Source: a virus
Taxonomy: Duplodnaviria; Caudoviricetes
IMG/VR virus record: IMGVR_UViG_3300012894_000016
Span: 1-33,381 of that record
Length of the DNA stretch: 33,381 nt
Strand: one strand, 5' to 3'
The first letter of the stretch is position 1. Each line of letters starts with the position of its first letter. Positions 1-8,709 of this stretch are shown here, in pieces. The position numbers and the translations under genes were made by a program. The notes under the pieces are model-generated. The model did no database searches, was not told the DNA's origin, and worked only from the letters and a program-made list of their open reading frames with translations.

Positions 1-218
1 AAGGCCAGCAGCTTCCAGATGAGCGGGGCGGCCTTGTACTGGCGACGCTCGGCACTGCGCTTGCCACTGGCCACGATGCCGAAGAGGATGAAGCCCAAGT
101 AGGCCGGGTTGCCGCCGAGCACGTCGAGGAAGGCCTTGGGGTTACTCGGGTCGAAGGTCTGGGCGCTGGCCCAACTGCACAACCACAAGCCAAAGAAGAT
201 CAGGGTTCTGTAGAACAC
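1..218 (-). CDS. Membrane protein of the lysis cassette (holin-like), partial; runs off the left edge
   Basis: Not in the ORF track. GGAGG RBS then GTG at 218; reads MFYRTLIFFGLWLCSWASAQTFDPSNPKAFLDVLGGNPAYLGFILFGIVASGKRS...IWKLLA with no stop. Hydrophobic segments; lies directly downstream of the endolysin. Confidence 0.6.
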   Translation of the reverse strand, partial: MFYRTLIFFGLWLCSWASAQTFDPSNPKAFLDVLGGNPAYLGFILFGIVASGKRSAERRQYKAAPLIWKLLA

Positions 219-236
219 GAAGCCTCCACATGGATG

Positions 237-260
237 CGCCCCGACCGGGAGGTCAGGGCG
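237..260 (-). other. Intergenic GC-rich hairpin (no U-tract)
   Basis: Minus strand CGCCCTGACC-TCCC-GGTCGGGGCG: 10-bp stem with one G-U pair, between the endolysin stop and the next RBS. Confidence 0.55.
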
Positions 261-303
261 GTGAAAGGTTGAATTGTCAGCAGCCCATAGGGCTACAGCG
301 GGC

Positions 304-1011
304 CTAACTTGTGAGCAGGCTCAGTACCCGCTCAACCTCAGTCGCTCGAGCATCCAGGTCTGCACTGCTATCTCTCAACACATTCAGTTGCAGGGTGTCA
401 CCCATCAGTCCCTGCCGCTCGGCCAGCAGGGCACGCTGGTACAGGCGCTCTCGGTCATCGAGGCCGATCAGCCCACCATTGATCGCGCGCGTAACGGTGC
501 GCACATCACCCCGATCAGCAGCTGCGTTCAATCCAGCGAGATTCCAGAAGCTGCCAGCCGCCAAGAAACCGACACCGTATTGCAGCAATAGCTCCGGCTG
601 GCGCACCAGGTCAAAGCCGATCCGTTTGCCGTGCTTCAGATAATTCTCGTAAAACGTCAGCTGAATTGGCCCCCGCCCGTGGTACAGCCAACCCATGTTC
701 AGCGTGTCATTCCCACCACGACCGCCGTAGACCTTGTTTGCCAAGGCCCTTGGGTTGAAGGCAAACGGTACAGCGCTTTCGACACTTGGAAATCGGCCGG
801 GCCACACTTGAGTAATGCGGGCCGCCCGATAGTTCAGGTTTTCCTCAGCCGGCACGAGCCTTGATTCATGCGCGATTTGACCGAGAAACATCGCGACCTG
901 GCGTGGGGTAGTGATGCCCCAACGATCCGCGGCCACCAGAATCCTGGTGGCCGCGATGTTTGGATCAGGGTGGTTAGGGCAGATGGCGGTGATGAGTTGC
1001 TTCGTGATCAC
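304..1011 (-). CDS. Endolysin, glycoside hydrolase family 19 (chitinase/lysozyme-like)
   Basis: Motifs FLGQIAHES, YHGRGPIQLT..ENY and TRAINGGLIGLDDR are typical of phage GH19. Start moved to GTG 1011 (AGGAGG RBS, GTGA overlap with upstream stop). Confidence 0.9.
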   Translation of the reverse strand: MITKQLITAICPNHPDPNIAATRILVAADRWGITTPRQVAMFLGQIAHESRLVPAEENLNYRAARITQVWPGRFPSVESAVPFAFNPRALANKVYGGRGGNDTLNMGWLYHGRGPIQLTFYENYLKHGKRIGFDLVRQPELLLQYGVGFLAAGSFWNLAGLNAAADRGDVRTVTRAINGGLIGLDDRERLYQRALLAERQGLMGDTLQLNVLRDSSADLDARATEVERVLSLLTS

Positions 1012-1394
1012 GGTGTCCCTCCTGGGGGGTTGAGTGGCACGACCGGATCGTCCGGCCACACCGTCTCCGGTGTTCCCGCAGCCCGCTCAGCTGCCTTCAG
1101 CAGGCCTCTCGCCTCACCTCGGGTCGTCAGCACGTGCAGGTACAGCTGGTGGATGCGCCGCATATCGCTCCGAGCCTCGTCGATCTCGTCATGGGCAGCC
1201 GTCAGCGCGATCTGCAACTTCGCCCGCTCTTCGGCCAAGTCGTTTCTCAACTCCCGTTCCTGCCCGCCGGTGCCGCTCATCCAGCCGCGTAGCAGGCCAC
1301 CCAGCAGCTGCACCAGGGCGACCAGACCTGCGAGCCCTCCTACCCCTAGTCCGGCCGTCTTGGCGATCTCGGTCAGGGTGGGCCCGTCAGCCAT
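1008..1394 (-). CDS. Membrane-anchored coiled-coil protein (holin/antiholin or inner-spanin-like)
   Basis: N-terminal hydrophobic helix, heptad-like middle, Pro-rich tail; overlaps both neighbours; adjacent to the endolysin. Confidence 0.6.
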   Translation of the reverse strand: MADGPTLTEIAKTAGLGVGGLAGLVALVQLLGGLLRGWMSGTGGQERELRNDLAEERAKLQIALTAAHDEIDEARSDMRRIHQLYLHVLTTRGEARGLLKAAERAAGTPETVWPDDPVVPLNPPGGTP

Positions 1395-1869
1395 GTTGCA
1401 GCTCGCTCTTGTCTCTCAGCCGACGGAACCACTCGCGCCGCTCCAGCCAGCGGGGTGGCCGGGCGCGCCGGTCCCAGTACCAGTCCTGCTCACTCAACCA
1501 CTCGCCGAAGGTCTTCGCGAACAGCCCCATGGAGACGAACCCCAGCCATGCCGTGACCGCCGCTGTTGGAATAATGCCCACCCCCAGGGTCAGCAGGCCA
1601 GCGACTGTGAACATGGCGCAGGAACTGATCAACTGGGCGATCATCAGCAGCAGGCTGGCCCGGTGCGCCATCAGCAGCACGAGTGCCAGGGCGCCCAAGC
1701 CCACCCCCCAAGCGGTGACGTTCTGGAACGGCTGGTACGCTCGGAAGATCAGATCCAAATTCGGGCGCAGCAGGCAGGCGCAGGCGAAGGCGGCGTGGCT
1801 GCCTGCAATGGTCAAGCGCTGGTTGATCAAGGGCTCGATCAGGCCGGTGAAACGGGTGCGGCGGGTCAC
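1387..1869 (-). CDS. Multi-pass membrane protein, holin candidate
   Basis: About four hydrophobic segments and a basic Arg/Trp-rich C-terminus; GTGA coupling to the upstream gene. Confidence 0.65.
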   Translation of the reverse strand: MTRRTRFTGLIEPLINQRLTIAGSHAAFACACLLRPNLDLIFRAYQPFQNVTAWGVGLGALALVLLMAHRASLLLMIAQLISSCAMFTVAGLLTLGVGIIPTAAVTAWLGFVSMGLFAKTFGEWLSEQDWYWDRRARPPRWLERREWFRRLRDKSELQHG

Positions 1870-2210
1870 GGCAGCGCCCGCAGGTACGTCCAGCTGCGCC
1901 CGTCGAGTGAGTACTCGAGGTGGGAGACGAAGAGCCAGAGACGAGGCAGGAACGTGTTGGGGCTGGGCACAGGAACCTCCAGAGGGGCTTCCGGCAGGCC
2001 GGAGAGATTGCTGACCTTGCGCACCAAGCTCGGCCGATTACAGCCGGGCACCGGGCGCACCAGGACCGAGCGCCCGAAGACGACCTCGTAGTCCCGGTAG
2101 GCCACCGGGAGGCAATAAGTGGCACGGGTGGGTGGCGCTGAGGCGGTCGAAAGGATGGCGGCAGCAGAAGCGGCCCCGAGAATCAGGGCCGCAGGTAGAA
2201 CGTGTTTCAT
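1866..2210 (-). CDS. Small secreted protein of unknown function
   Basis: GGAG RBS then ATG 2210 (MKHVLPAALILGAASAAAILSTASA, signal-peptide-like); two Cys; stop overlaps the next start. Confidence 0.6.
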   Translation of the reverse strand: MKHVLPAALILGAASAAAILSTASAPPTRATYCLPVAYRDYEVVFGRSVLVRPVPGCNRPSLVRKVSNLSGLPEAPLEVPVPSPNTFLPRLWLFVSHLEYSLDGRSWTYLRALP

Positions 2211-2224
2211 GGAGTCTCCGGAGG

Positions 2225-4618
2225 TCAGGCAACCAGCATGTCTTCGAGCGTGACGTTCCTGATCGGCAAGGTCATCAGGTAATCCAACACGGCGATCAGG
2301 TTTGTCCACTGCGTTGTACCGGGCGCGTAGTCGGCCTCGTAGGCGTGCGTCATGAACACCAGCCAATACCCGTTCGTGTACGCCTCTAGCACCCGCGCCT
2401 TGTAATACTCCAGTGAATCGGTTGTTTTCGCACCTGCAGGTTTATCGCTTCTGGTCGGATTGTAGTAATCCGTTCCTCCGACGTTTGCCCCATAGTCGAA
2501 ATACTTCCCGATGCTGACCCGGTGAACGCCCATGCGGTTCGGAACGGGCAGCGAGTTCGTTGCGCCGTCCACCGCCACGCCGAGGGAGAAATACTGAGAC
2601 ACGATGGCGTCAGATGTTGCGTCACGCCCGCCGTTCGGGTAGACGATGGCCCGAATCCGCCGGCCCGTCATGGTGGTCAGGAGGTCGCGGCTCGTCTGCA
2701 ACTCGTTTCTCAGGTCGGTCTCGCTGAGGGTATTCACCGAGACGTGGGTGTGCGTGTGGCTGGCAGGCGTGTGACCCTCTGATACCAGAGTTTGAACCTG
2801 CGCCGTTGTCAGGCTGCCGCCCGTGTCCAGGCGCGAGGTAATGCACGCCTCGACGTACTTCAGACCACGGGCGTTGAACGCGGGGCGCAGACGGTCAAAG
2901 GCCACTGCGTAAGAATCATCGTTCACGAACGACACAAACCCTTGTGTCGCCTTCAGCGGGCCAGCCACCCGACCCATGAGCCGCATGGCTGCCAGCCAGG
3001 AGCGATTCTCGGCGTACTCCGTCGCCTGCGAGACGACGCCCAAGCTGGTGTTACCACTCGCCAAGTTGCCCTCTTGCCCGTTCGCCGGAAAATAGAACTG
3101 GTAGTTGCCCTCGGCCGATGCCCCGTGCGTTGCGTCCCGCTGGATGTTCGGAGCGCACCACCACGACGCCTGATTGTTCTGTACCACGTTGTTCGTGAAG
3201 CTCCCGGTAAAGTGATTTTTCGCGTACTCCTGCTCATCGAGATAAATGCCGATGTTGTTCCCCCAGATCGGCGTCCCGTCCTCCAGAACACTTGCGGCCA
3301 TGCAGCGATTGTTCCGCACGATGTTGTTGCTGCCGTGCGCGATCCCGATTCCCGCATTGCTGGTCCCGATGATGGTGTTGTTTTCGATCAGCAGCCAGCC
3401 GATGACAGCGGCCTCCGTCGTGTTGGCTGGTGCGCCGTCGCAGATAATTCCGCACCCGGCATACCCGCCAGTTGCTATCAGCGTGGCGTAGCCGCCATAG
3501 ATCAGGTTGTGATGAATCCACAAGCGGTTCGAACTCAAACCGCTCGACTTGAAGAGATTCAAGACATCCTCGATATACCCGATCCACGGCTCTTGCGTGA
3601 CGCGGTTGAATCCGAACTCACCGTTGGTAAGGCTCTTGCATCCGTTGAGCTGCCACCAGTGGGCGACTGGATTCGCGCGGTCATTGTTGTTCCCGCTGCC
3701 GTCCTTCGTGTCGTAGGCGTACCCGGTGGTGCCGACCGTGCGGCGGCCTTCGATGTTCCGGCTGATGTTGTCGAGCACCGAAAGGTACGTCAGGAGCGCA
3801 CTGGCCGCGCCCCCGACCTGACCGTTGATGTAGCCCTGGAAGCGCCACCCCTCGGTGTAGTTGTGGACAAACGTGACGTTCGTACACTGCGAACCGTTGA
3901 ACGCAAACCCTTGAGCCGAATTGTCCACGCCAGGATGCTGCCCCCACATCCGACGATTGGAAATCACGACCCGGCTGTTCCCGGCAGTGACACCGTGCCG
4001 CTTGGAGGCGATCCGGCCACCCGTCAGGAACACCGCTGTCAGGTTGTTTGCCACCGTCACAGCGTCTACGTTCGGGTCGAGGCTACGGTAGTTGCCAGTG
4101 TACGTGCCGTTCGCAGTAATCGTGATCGGCCCATCCCAGGAACGGGCGGGTTGCGTACCCGAGGTCTCCTGAATCAGATACTCGGCCCCGTTCACGATGG
4201 CGTATGTCTTGTACCGGGCCGTCACGCCGTCATACACCTGATCGTCGTACATGGTGCCCGGCGTATCCATCTCGGCTTGCAGGTAGCGCGGATACCTGCT
4301 CTCCGGGCGCATCGAGTACACCCGGTATCCGCTGACCGTGCCAATGCCCACGAACGCCTTCACCTGCAGCGCGAACTTGTCACCGTCATTCGTCAGCTCT
4401 GCAACTGGCGGGGCAGTGGTCGCCCCGAGGCCGTCAAAGATCTTTTGGGCGATGACGCCAACGCCGGGACGCCCAGACCATACGTGAGCGAGCACGTTCG
4501 ACAGGTCGGTCGTCTGCACTGTCAGGGTTGAGCCGGGCAGCGTCGTGATGGCGCTGGCCGGTGCCGCTTCAAGGAAGTGCAACCGGCCCTTCTTCAAGAC
4601 GACGTAGAGTTTCGGCAT
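2225..4618 (-). CDS. Putative tailspike: right-handed beta-helix plus C-terminal NodB/CE4 polysaccharide deacetylase
   Basis: Asn/Gly-rich beta-helix repeats (IHHNLIYG, IENNTIIG, NIVRNN, NVVQNN), then CE4 motifs FVNDD, SHTHTH, VYPNG, LVFMTH. Confidence 0.8.
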   Translation of the reverse strand: MPKLYVVLKKGRLHFLEAAPASAITTLPGSTLTVQTTDLSNVLAHVWSGRPGVGVIAQKIFDGLGATTAPPVAELTNDGDKFALQVKAFVGIGTVSGYRVYSMRPESRYPRYLQAEMDTPGTMYDDQVYDGVTARYKTYAIVNGAEYLIQETSGTQPARSWDGPITITANGTYTGNYRSLDPNVDAVTVANNLTAVFLTGGRIASKRHGVTAGNSRVVISNRRMWGQHPGVDNSAQGFAFNGSQCTNVTFVHNYTEGWRFQGYINGQVGGAASALLTYLSVLDNISRNIEGRRTVGTTGYAYDTKDGSGNNNDRANPVAHWWQLNGCKSLTNGEFGFNRVTQEPWIGYIEDVLNLFKSSGLSSNRLWIHHNLIYGGYATLIATGGYAGCGIICDGAPANTTEAAVIGWLLIENNTIIGTSNAGIGIAHGSNNIVRNNRCMAASVLEDGTPIWGNNIGIYLDEQEYAKNHFTGSFTNNVVQNNQASWWCAPNIQRDATHGASAEGNYQFYFPANGQEGNLASGNTSLGVVSQATEYAENRSWLAAMRLMGRVAGPLKATQGFVSFVNDDSYAVAFDRLRPAFNARGLKYVEACITSRLDTGGSLTTAQVQTLVSEGHTPASHTHTHVSVNTLSETDLRNELQTSRDLLTTMTGRRIRAIVYPNGGRDATSDAIVSQYFSLGVAVDGATNSLPVPNRMGVHRVSIGKYFDYGANVGGTDYYNPTRSDKPAGAKTTDSLEYYKARVLEAYTNGYWLVFMTHAYEADYAPGTTQWTNLIAVLDYLMTLPIRNVTLEDMLVA

Positions 4619-4619
4619 C

Positions 4620-5906
4620 TCAGGTTGCCCCGGTCAGCGCGGCCTGCGCCCCGTTCCCGACCACGCTGGACATGCCGCTGATCTGGAGGTTGCCATACGT
4701 TGACGCCCCACCCGCCAGACCGGCCGCGTTGACCACCGTCTGGTGCCCGAGCAGCATCCAGTCCCTCGGCATGGCCGAAGCGGCAGGCCAGATCTTCGCC
4801 GCGACGAGCGGGCCGTACACAGCGATCAGGCCACGCATACCGTTGGCGTCTACCTGCATCGTGATCTTCTGCCCGACTGGCGCTTCTGCACCGTTCACGA
4901 GCGTCACGAGGCGGACATTGTTCGGCCCGGCGCCGGTTGTCGCCCGCAACGCCACACCTGTCGGCGCAGTGGGCGTACCACCGGCCCGCACCACCCAGGC
5001 CAGTTCGCTGCCACCCGCCGCGATGGTGAACTCGGCCTGCCACTGCCCGTCAAGAAAGGGACCTGTCACCTCATCAGAGGCCAGCTTCAGGTTGTTGTTG
5101 ACAGGCCCGACGAACTCCAGCAGTGCGCCGTGCGGGTACTGAGTGTTCGCAGTCGTCGGGTAGGTCTTACCACTCGTGAACGCTGCCCAACGGTCGATCC
5201 GAGCTCTGCCGACCGGCACATCGGCGTTGCGAGGATAGTTCGCTACGAGCAGCGAGTCATACCGGCTCACCGGGTTGGGCGTCAGGGCGTACGCGGCCTT
5301 CGGATCGAACAGCCACACCCCAGGCTGCACGTTCTTGCCAACCTCCAGATACGCCCGGCCGGCGGTCGGCGCAACGTTGGCGGGCGTTTCGGGAACCGGG
5401 TCGATGTCGAGGAAGTTGGGATCGGTGTCTGCCTGTTTCTGCACGGCCACCCGAACGTAATCCACCTGCAGGTTGCCAGCGGCCTCAAGGATCTTGGATT
5501 TGGGCAGGTTGTAGACACCGTTTCTGTCTTTCCAGAGCAGTGTCTTCGTGCCCGCCACATCCAGCAGTGCCGGGTCAAAGTCTTCACAAGTCAGGCCATC
5601 CGACTTCAGCCATACAAGGCTGTTGAGGGAACCACCAGTCAGGCCGGTCAGGGTCATTCCACTTGGGCCGACCGCGCCATCAGCACCCTTTGCGCCGGCC
5701 GCACCATCAGCCCCCTTTGCGCCGGCCGCCCCATCAGCCCCCTTCGCACCGGCCGCCCCGTCTGCACCCTTCGCCCCGTCTGCGCCCCTTTGCCCTTTCA
5801 TATATGCCACGAAATCCGCATCCGAGCCATTCGCCGGAAACAGCCCTGCCAGGATGGCCAGTTGCTTCAGCGGCTTCGGTGTCGGCAGTCCTTTGTCAAC
5901 AGCCAT
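4620..5906 (-). CDS. Collagen-repeat tail fibre / minor tail protein
   Basis: 15 Gly-X-Y triplets near the N-terminus and a beta-rich C-terminal region; TGATG overlap with the upstream gene. Confidence 0.75.
   Translation of the reverse strand: MAVDKGLPTPKPLKQLAILAGLFPANGSDADFVAYMKGQRGADGAKGADGAAGAKGADGAAGAKGADGAAGAKGADGAVGPSGMTLTGLTGGSLNSLVWLKSDGLTCEDFDPALLDVAGTKTLLWKDRNGVYNLPKSKILEAAGNLQVDYVRVAVQKQADTDPNFLDIDPVPETPANVAPTAGRAYLEVGKNVQPGVWLFDPKAAYALTPNPVSRYDSLLVANYPRNADVPVGRARIDRWAAFTSGKTYPTTANTQYPHGALLEFVGPVNNNLKLASDEVTGPFLDGQWQAEFTIAAGGSELAWVVRAGGTPTAPTGVALRATTGAGPNNVRLVTLVNGAEAPVGQKITMQVDANGMRGLIAVYGPLVAAKIWPAASAMPRDWMLLGHQTVVNAAGLAGGASTYGNLQISGMSSVVGNGAQAALTGAT
5658..5795 (-). repeat. 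Collagen-like coding repeat (GADGAAGAK, 27-bp unit)
   Basis: GQR GAD GAK (GAD GAA GAK)x3 GAD GAV GPS G; synonymous variation between units. Confidence 0.9.
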
Positions 5907-8128
5907 CAGTTCACACTCCTAGTCCAGTTGCCGATGAGCCGAGGTGCGCCGTTTTTGATCGTGCAGCCGAACGCGGTCGCGTCACTCAGCGGCGTGATCG
6001 TGACTGGCGTGGTGTCTTCGATGTAATCGCTTGTGACGCCTGGAACCGTGCCAGTCGTCGTGTAGTACAGATCCCCGCCACTGACGCGGAAGCTGACACC
6101 GGCCGCCCCTACCGGTGGGGCCGGGAGCTTCGTGACGCCGTTGGCGGCCACCAGCACGTTGAAGTCCGAGCCGGGAATGGTCTCGAACAGCGTCGGATTG
6201 GACGGCCGCACCACTGGCGCGGGCGCGAAGCCGACCACCTGCCAGGCTGAGGCGGTCAGCCCTCCGAGCTTCCGGTGCCCCCGGATCGTGCCAGGCGGGA
6301 ACCGGAGCGGGTGAGTCTTGTCCAGAGGGCCGTAGTCGGTGGCGTAGTCCGACCACGCAGAACCGTTGACGAAGAAGGTTTTGTATTCATTCGCCAGCGT
6401 TGCGATTTCATAGGAGAAAGACCCGTCGAAAGGGACCATCAGACAGAGAGCGGCAGCGGGGTAGCGGGCCTGAAGGTAGTTCAGCAGCTCCCGGTATGAC
6501 GCCGTGAACTGAGCCGGTGTGACGTTCACAGGCGGCGTGCGGGCCGCCGCACCCTTGTCGTTCGTGCCAATGACGATGCAAATTTTCGTCGGGTCGCGCG
6601 GGCTGAAGCTCCGAAGGGGCCGCCCCTGCATGAAGTTCTTCAAGTTCGTCAGCGTGGGCGGCATTCCGCCACTTCCAGGAACCAGCAGGCCAGTCCCGCC
6701 ATAGGTCGCGTTGATCGAAATGAAGCCGACCTGGTCACAGGCGATGTGGGCAAACGACTCTTCGGAGTACGTCACGCTGGGCGTGCTGTCCGGGTTGGGC
6801 AGCGTGTCATGCCCACCGGCCACGTCGCCAGCCGGAATGCTGTCTCCGATGATGAGGCAGGTCTCGCCGCCGTAGGGTGTCGGGCGAATCGTTCCGCCGT
6901 CAGACACCACAAGATCGACCAGACAGACGCCCGTACCCTGAAGGTATCCCGGTTCGTTCTCGTCAAGGTTGAACTCGATGTCAACCTCGTACTTCCTGGC
7001 CGGGTCAAGCCCGGTGATCACGTCCGTTCGCTGCACGGTTCCGGCTGTGCCCGCAGGGTTCGCTGGGGTTCGCACAAAGTCCGTCCAGGTCAGCCCGCCG
7101 ACTTCCCGGTAGCGTGTGGCAATGACTGGTCGGTAAGTTTGATTCAGCGGCACTGCCAGCAGCGCGGCAACACCGGCCGTATCGCTCACATCGCTTCTCG
7201 CAAGTGCGCCTGTGGTGATGCTCGTCATGGTCATCACGTTCGCTTCCAGGCGAGGTTCCCACGGGCCGTACAGCGTGGTCTTTGCCTGAATCTTGTTCGG
7301 CCCGGCCTTCCAGTCGGCTACAGAGATGCCCTGAAACGTGGCAATGCCCGCCAAAGAGCCTAGAACCAATGGCCCCTCGGGAAGGATCGGGACACCGTTG
7401 ACGCCGTAGGCCATCGCCAATTGAGGTTCGGCCGGTATCGCTCCATCTGCCGGGTAGGCACGAAGGTTGTACGTGCTCCCAACGAACGCGGGACCGATTC
7501 TCAACTCGACCGCATAAGGGCCGGTCGGCGTCGTGAGCGTCACGCCAGCCGTAATGACATCCTTTAGGCCGGGGCCTTCATTCGTGGTGGCCGATCCAAG
7601 TTGAATATGGCCGTCGTCTCCCCAAGCGATGTAGTGACTGCCGGCTCCGGGCGGCCCGCCCCATGAAACAATCCACCGTGAGCTCGGGCCAGGAAAGCAG
7701 AAGCGATAAATACCATCTGAGACGAGATATGGCGTGACAATGCCCCGGTTGTTCGCAAAAACGAAATCGCTGTTGATCGTCAGCACGCCCGTATCATTCA
7801 TGGTTGCTGTGCCACTCAGGACTGAGAATCCCCGCTGCCCAGCGATGCTGCCGGCCTTGAACTGAGGGACCGAGAACATTTCTGTGGCCGGGGGACGTTC
7901 CACGATCGGAACTGTCACGGCAGCTTGAGCGGACACCATGAGCTGAGTTGCGAAGCTGACGAAGGCAGCCTGCTGGCTGGCCGTCATGGTGCTGACCTGA
8001 TTGGTCAGGTTGGTGCGAGAGGTATCAGCCAACACCGCCATGGCTTTCGCGTGCTGAGTCGCCTGGGTGAACTGACTGAATTCGTCGGCGTCGGCCTGGA
8101 CGAACTTCCGGCTATTGGGATTGGTCAT
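5906..8128 (-). CDS. Putative tail protein with SGNH/GDSL esterase domain
   Basis: SGNH blocks IIGDSI, YGGTG, IGTND, DKTHP. Start moved to ATG 8128 (GAGG RBS, MTNPNSRK). Confidence 0.8.
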   Translation of the reverse strand: MTNPNSRKFVQADADEFSQFTQATQHAKAMAVLADTSRTNLTNQVSTMTASQQAAFVSFATQLMVSAQAAVTVPIVERPPATEMFSVPQFKAGSIAGQRGFSVLSGTATMNDTGVLTINSDFVFANNRGIVTPYLVSDGIYRFCFPGPSSRWIVSWGGPPGAGSHYIAWGDDGHIQLGSATTNEGPGLKDVITAGVTLTTPTGPYAVELRIGPAFVGSTYNLRAYPADGAIPAEPQLAMAYGVNGVPILPEGPLVLGSLAGIATFQGISVADWKAGPNKIQAKTTLYGPWEPRLEANVMTMTSITTGALARSDVSDTAGVAALLAVPLNQTYRPVIATRYREVGGLTWTDFVRTPANPAGTAGTVQRTDVITGLDPARKYEVDIEFNLDENEPGYLQGTGVCLVDLVVSDGGTIRPTPYGGETCLIIGDSIPAGDVAGGHDTLPNPDSTPSVTYSEESFAHIACDQVGFISINATYGGTGLLVPGSGGMPPTLTNLKNFMQGRPLRSFSPRDPTKICIVIGTNDKGAAARTPPVNVTPAQFTASYRELLNYLQARYPAAALCLMVPFDGSFSYEIATLANEYKTFFVNGSAWSDYATDYGPLDKTHPLRFPPGTIRGHRKLGGLTASAWQVVGFAPAPVVRPSNPTLFETIPGSDFNVLVAANGVTKLPAPPVGAAGVSFRVSGGDLYYTTTGTVPGVTSDYIEDTTPVTITPLSDATAFGCTIKNGAPRLIGNWTRSVN

Positions 8129-8696
8129 AGGTGGCCTCAGTGGTTCGTAGAGTGAAGGTCTGGCCATCGGCGCCGGCGAAGGTGAGGGTGCTGTCGGTGA
8201 AGGTCACGCCCCCGACAGGCAGGACAGCGTTCCCGTCGATCACCTGTAAGAGGCCGTAGGGGTACTCCCCGATCACCGTCTCGAAGGGGTATCGACGCGG
8301 CCTCATGTCGTCGTCGCTGAGGAACCACAATGGGTCCTTTACCGCGAGCACGGCCGTGAGGACCGCCCAGCGTGAACGGTCGATGCTCAGCACCCCTGAG
8401 ACCTTTCGGTAGCGGGCTCCGGCGTACCAGCGGGTGGTGCGCTCGAGCACGCGTTCCCACTTCTCCAGTTCGTTCTGCACCGCAGGCCGGCTGGTCCCGG
8501 AGGCGGTCATCGGGATCTGCACGGTCATCTGCATCGGTTTTTTCGTGCCATTGCCGCTGGTCCAGCTCTGCCCGCTGCCCGCCGTCTGCTGCTGGGTCCG
8601 GTTGAATTCGACCTTCTCATCCTGATGCCCTGCCGGGAAGGGCGCGGGGTAGAGCACGCCGGTATACGCTGCGCTGCTCAGATACGAGCTCCTCAT
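8112..8696 (-). CDS. Minor tail protein (tail-tip region), unknown family
   Basis: AGGAGG RBS; position between tail-tip gene and fibre genes; no motif recognised. Confidence 0.6.
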   Translation of the reverse strand: MRSSYLSSAAYTGVLYPAPFPAGHQDEKVEFNRTQQQTAGSGQSWTSGNGTKKPMQMTVQIPMTASGTSRPAVQNELEKWERVLERTTRWYAGARYRKVSGVLSIDRSRWAVLTAVLAVKDPLWFLSDDDMRPRRYPFETVIGEYPYGLLQVIDGNAVLPVGGVTFTDSTLTFAGADGQTFTLRTTEATYDQSQ

Positions 8697-8709
8697 CGAA
8701 TTGGTCCTC

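Noticed and set aside
8112-8167. 56-bp overlap between 8112..8696 and 5906..8167 as a frameshift or pseudogene
   Set aside because: An RBS-led ATG at 8128 reduces it to an ordinary 17-bp overlap.
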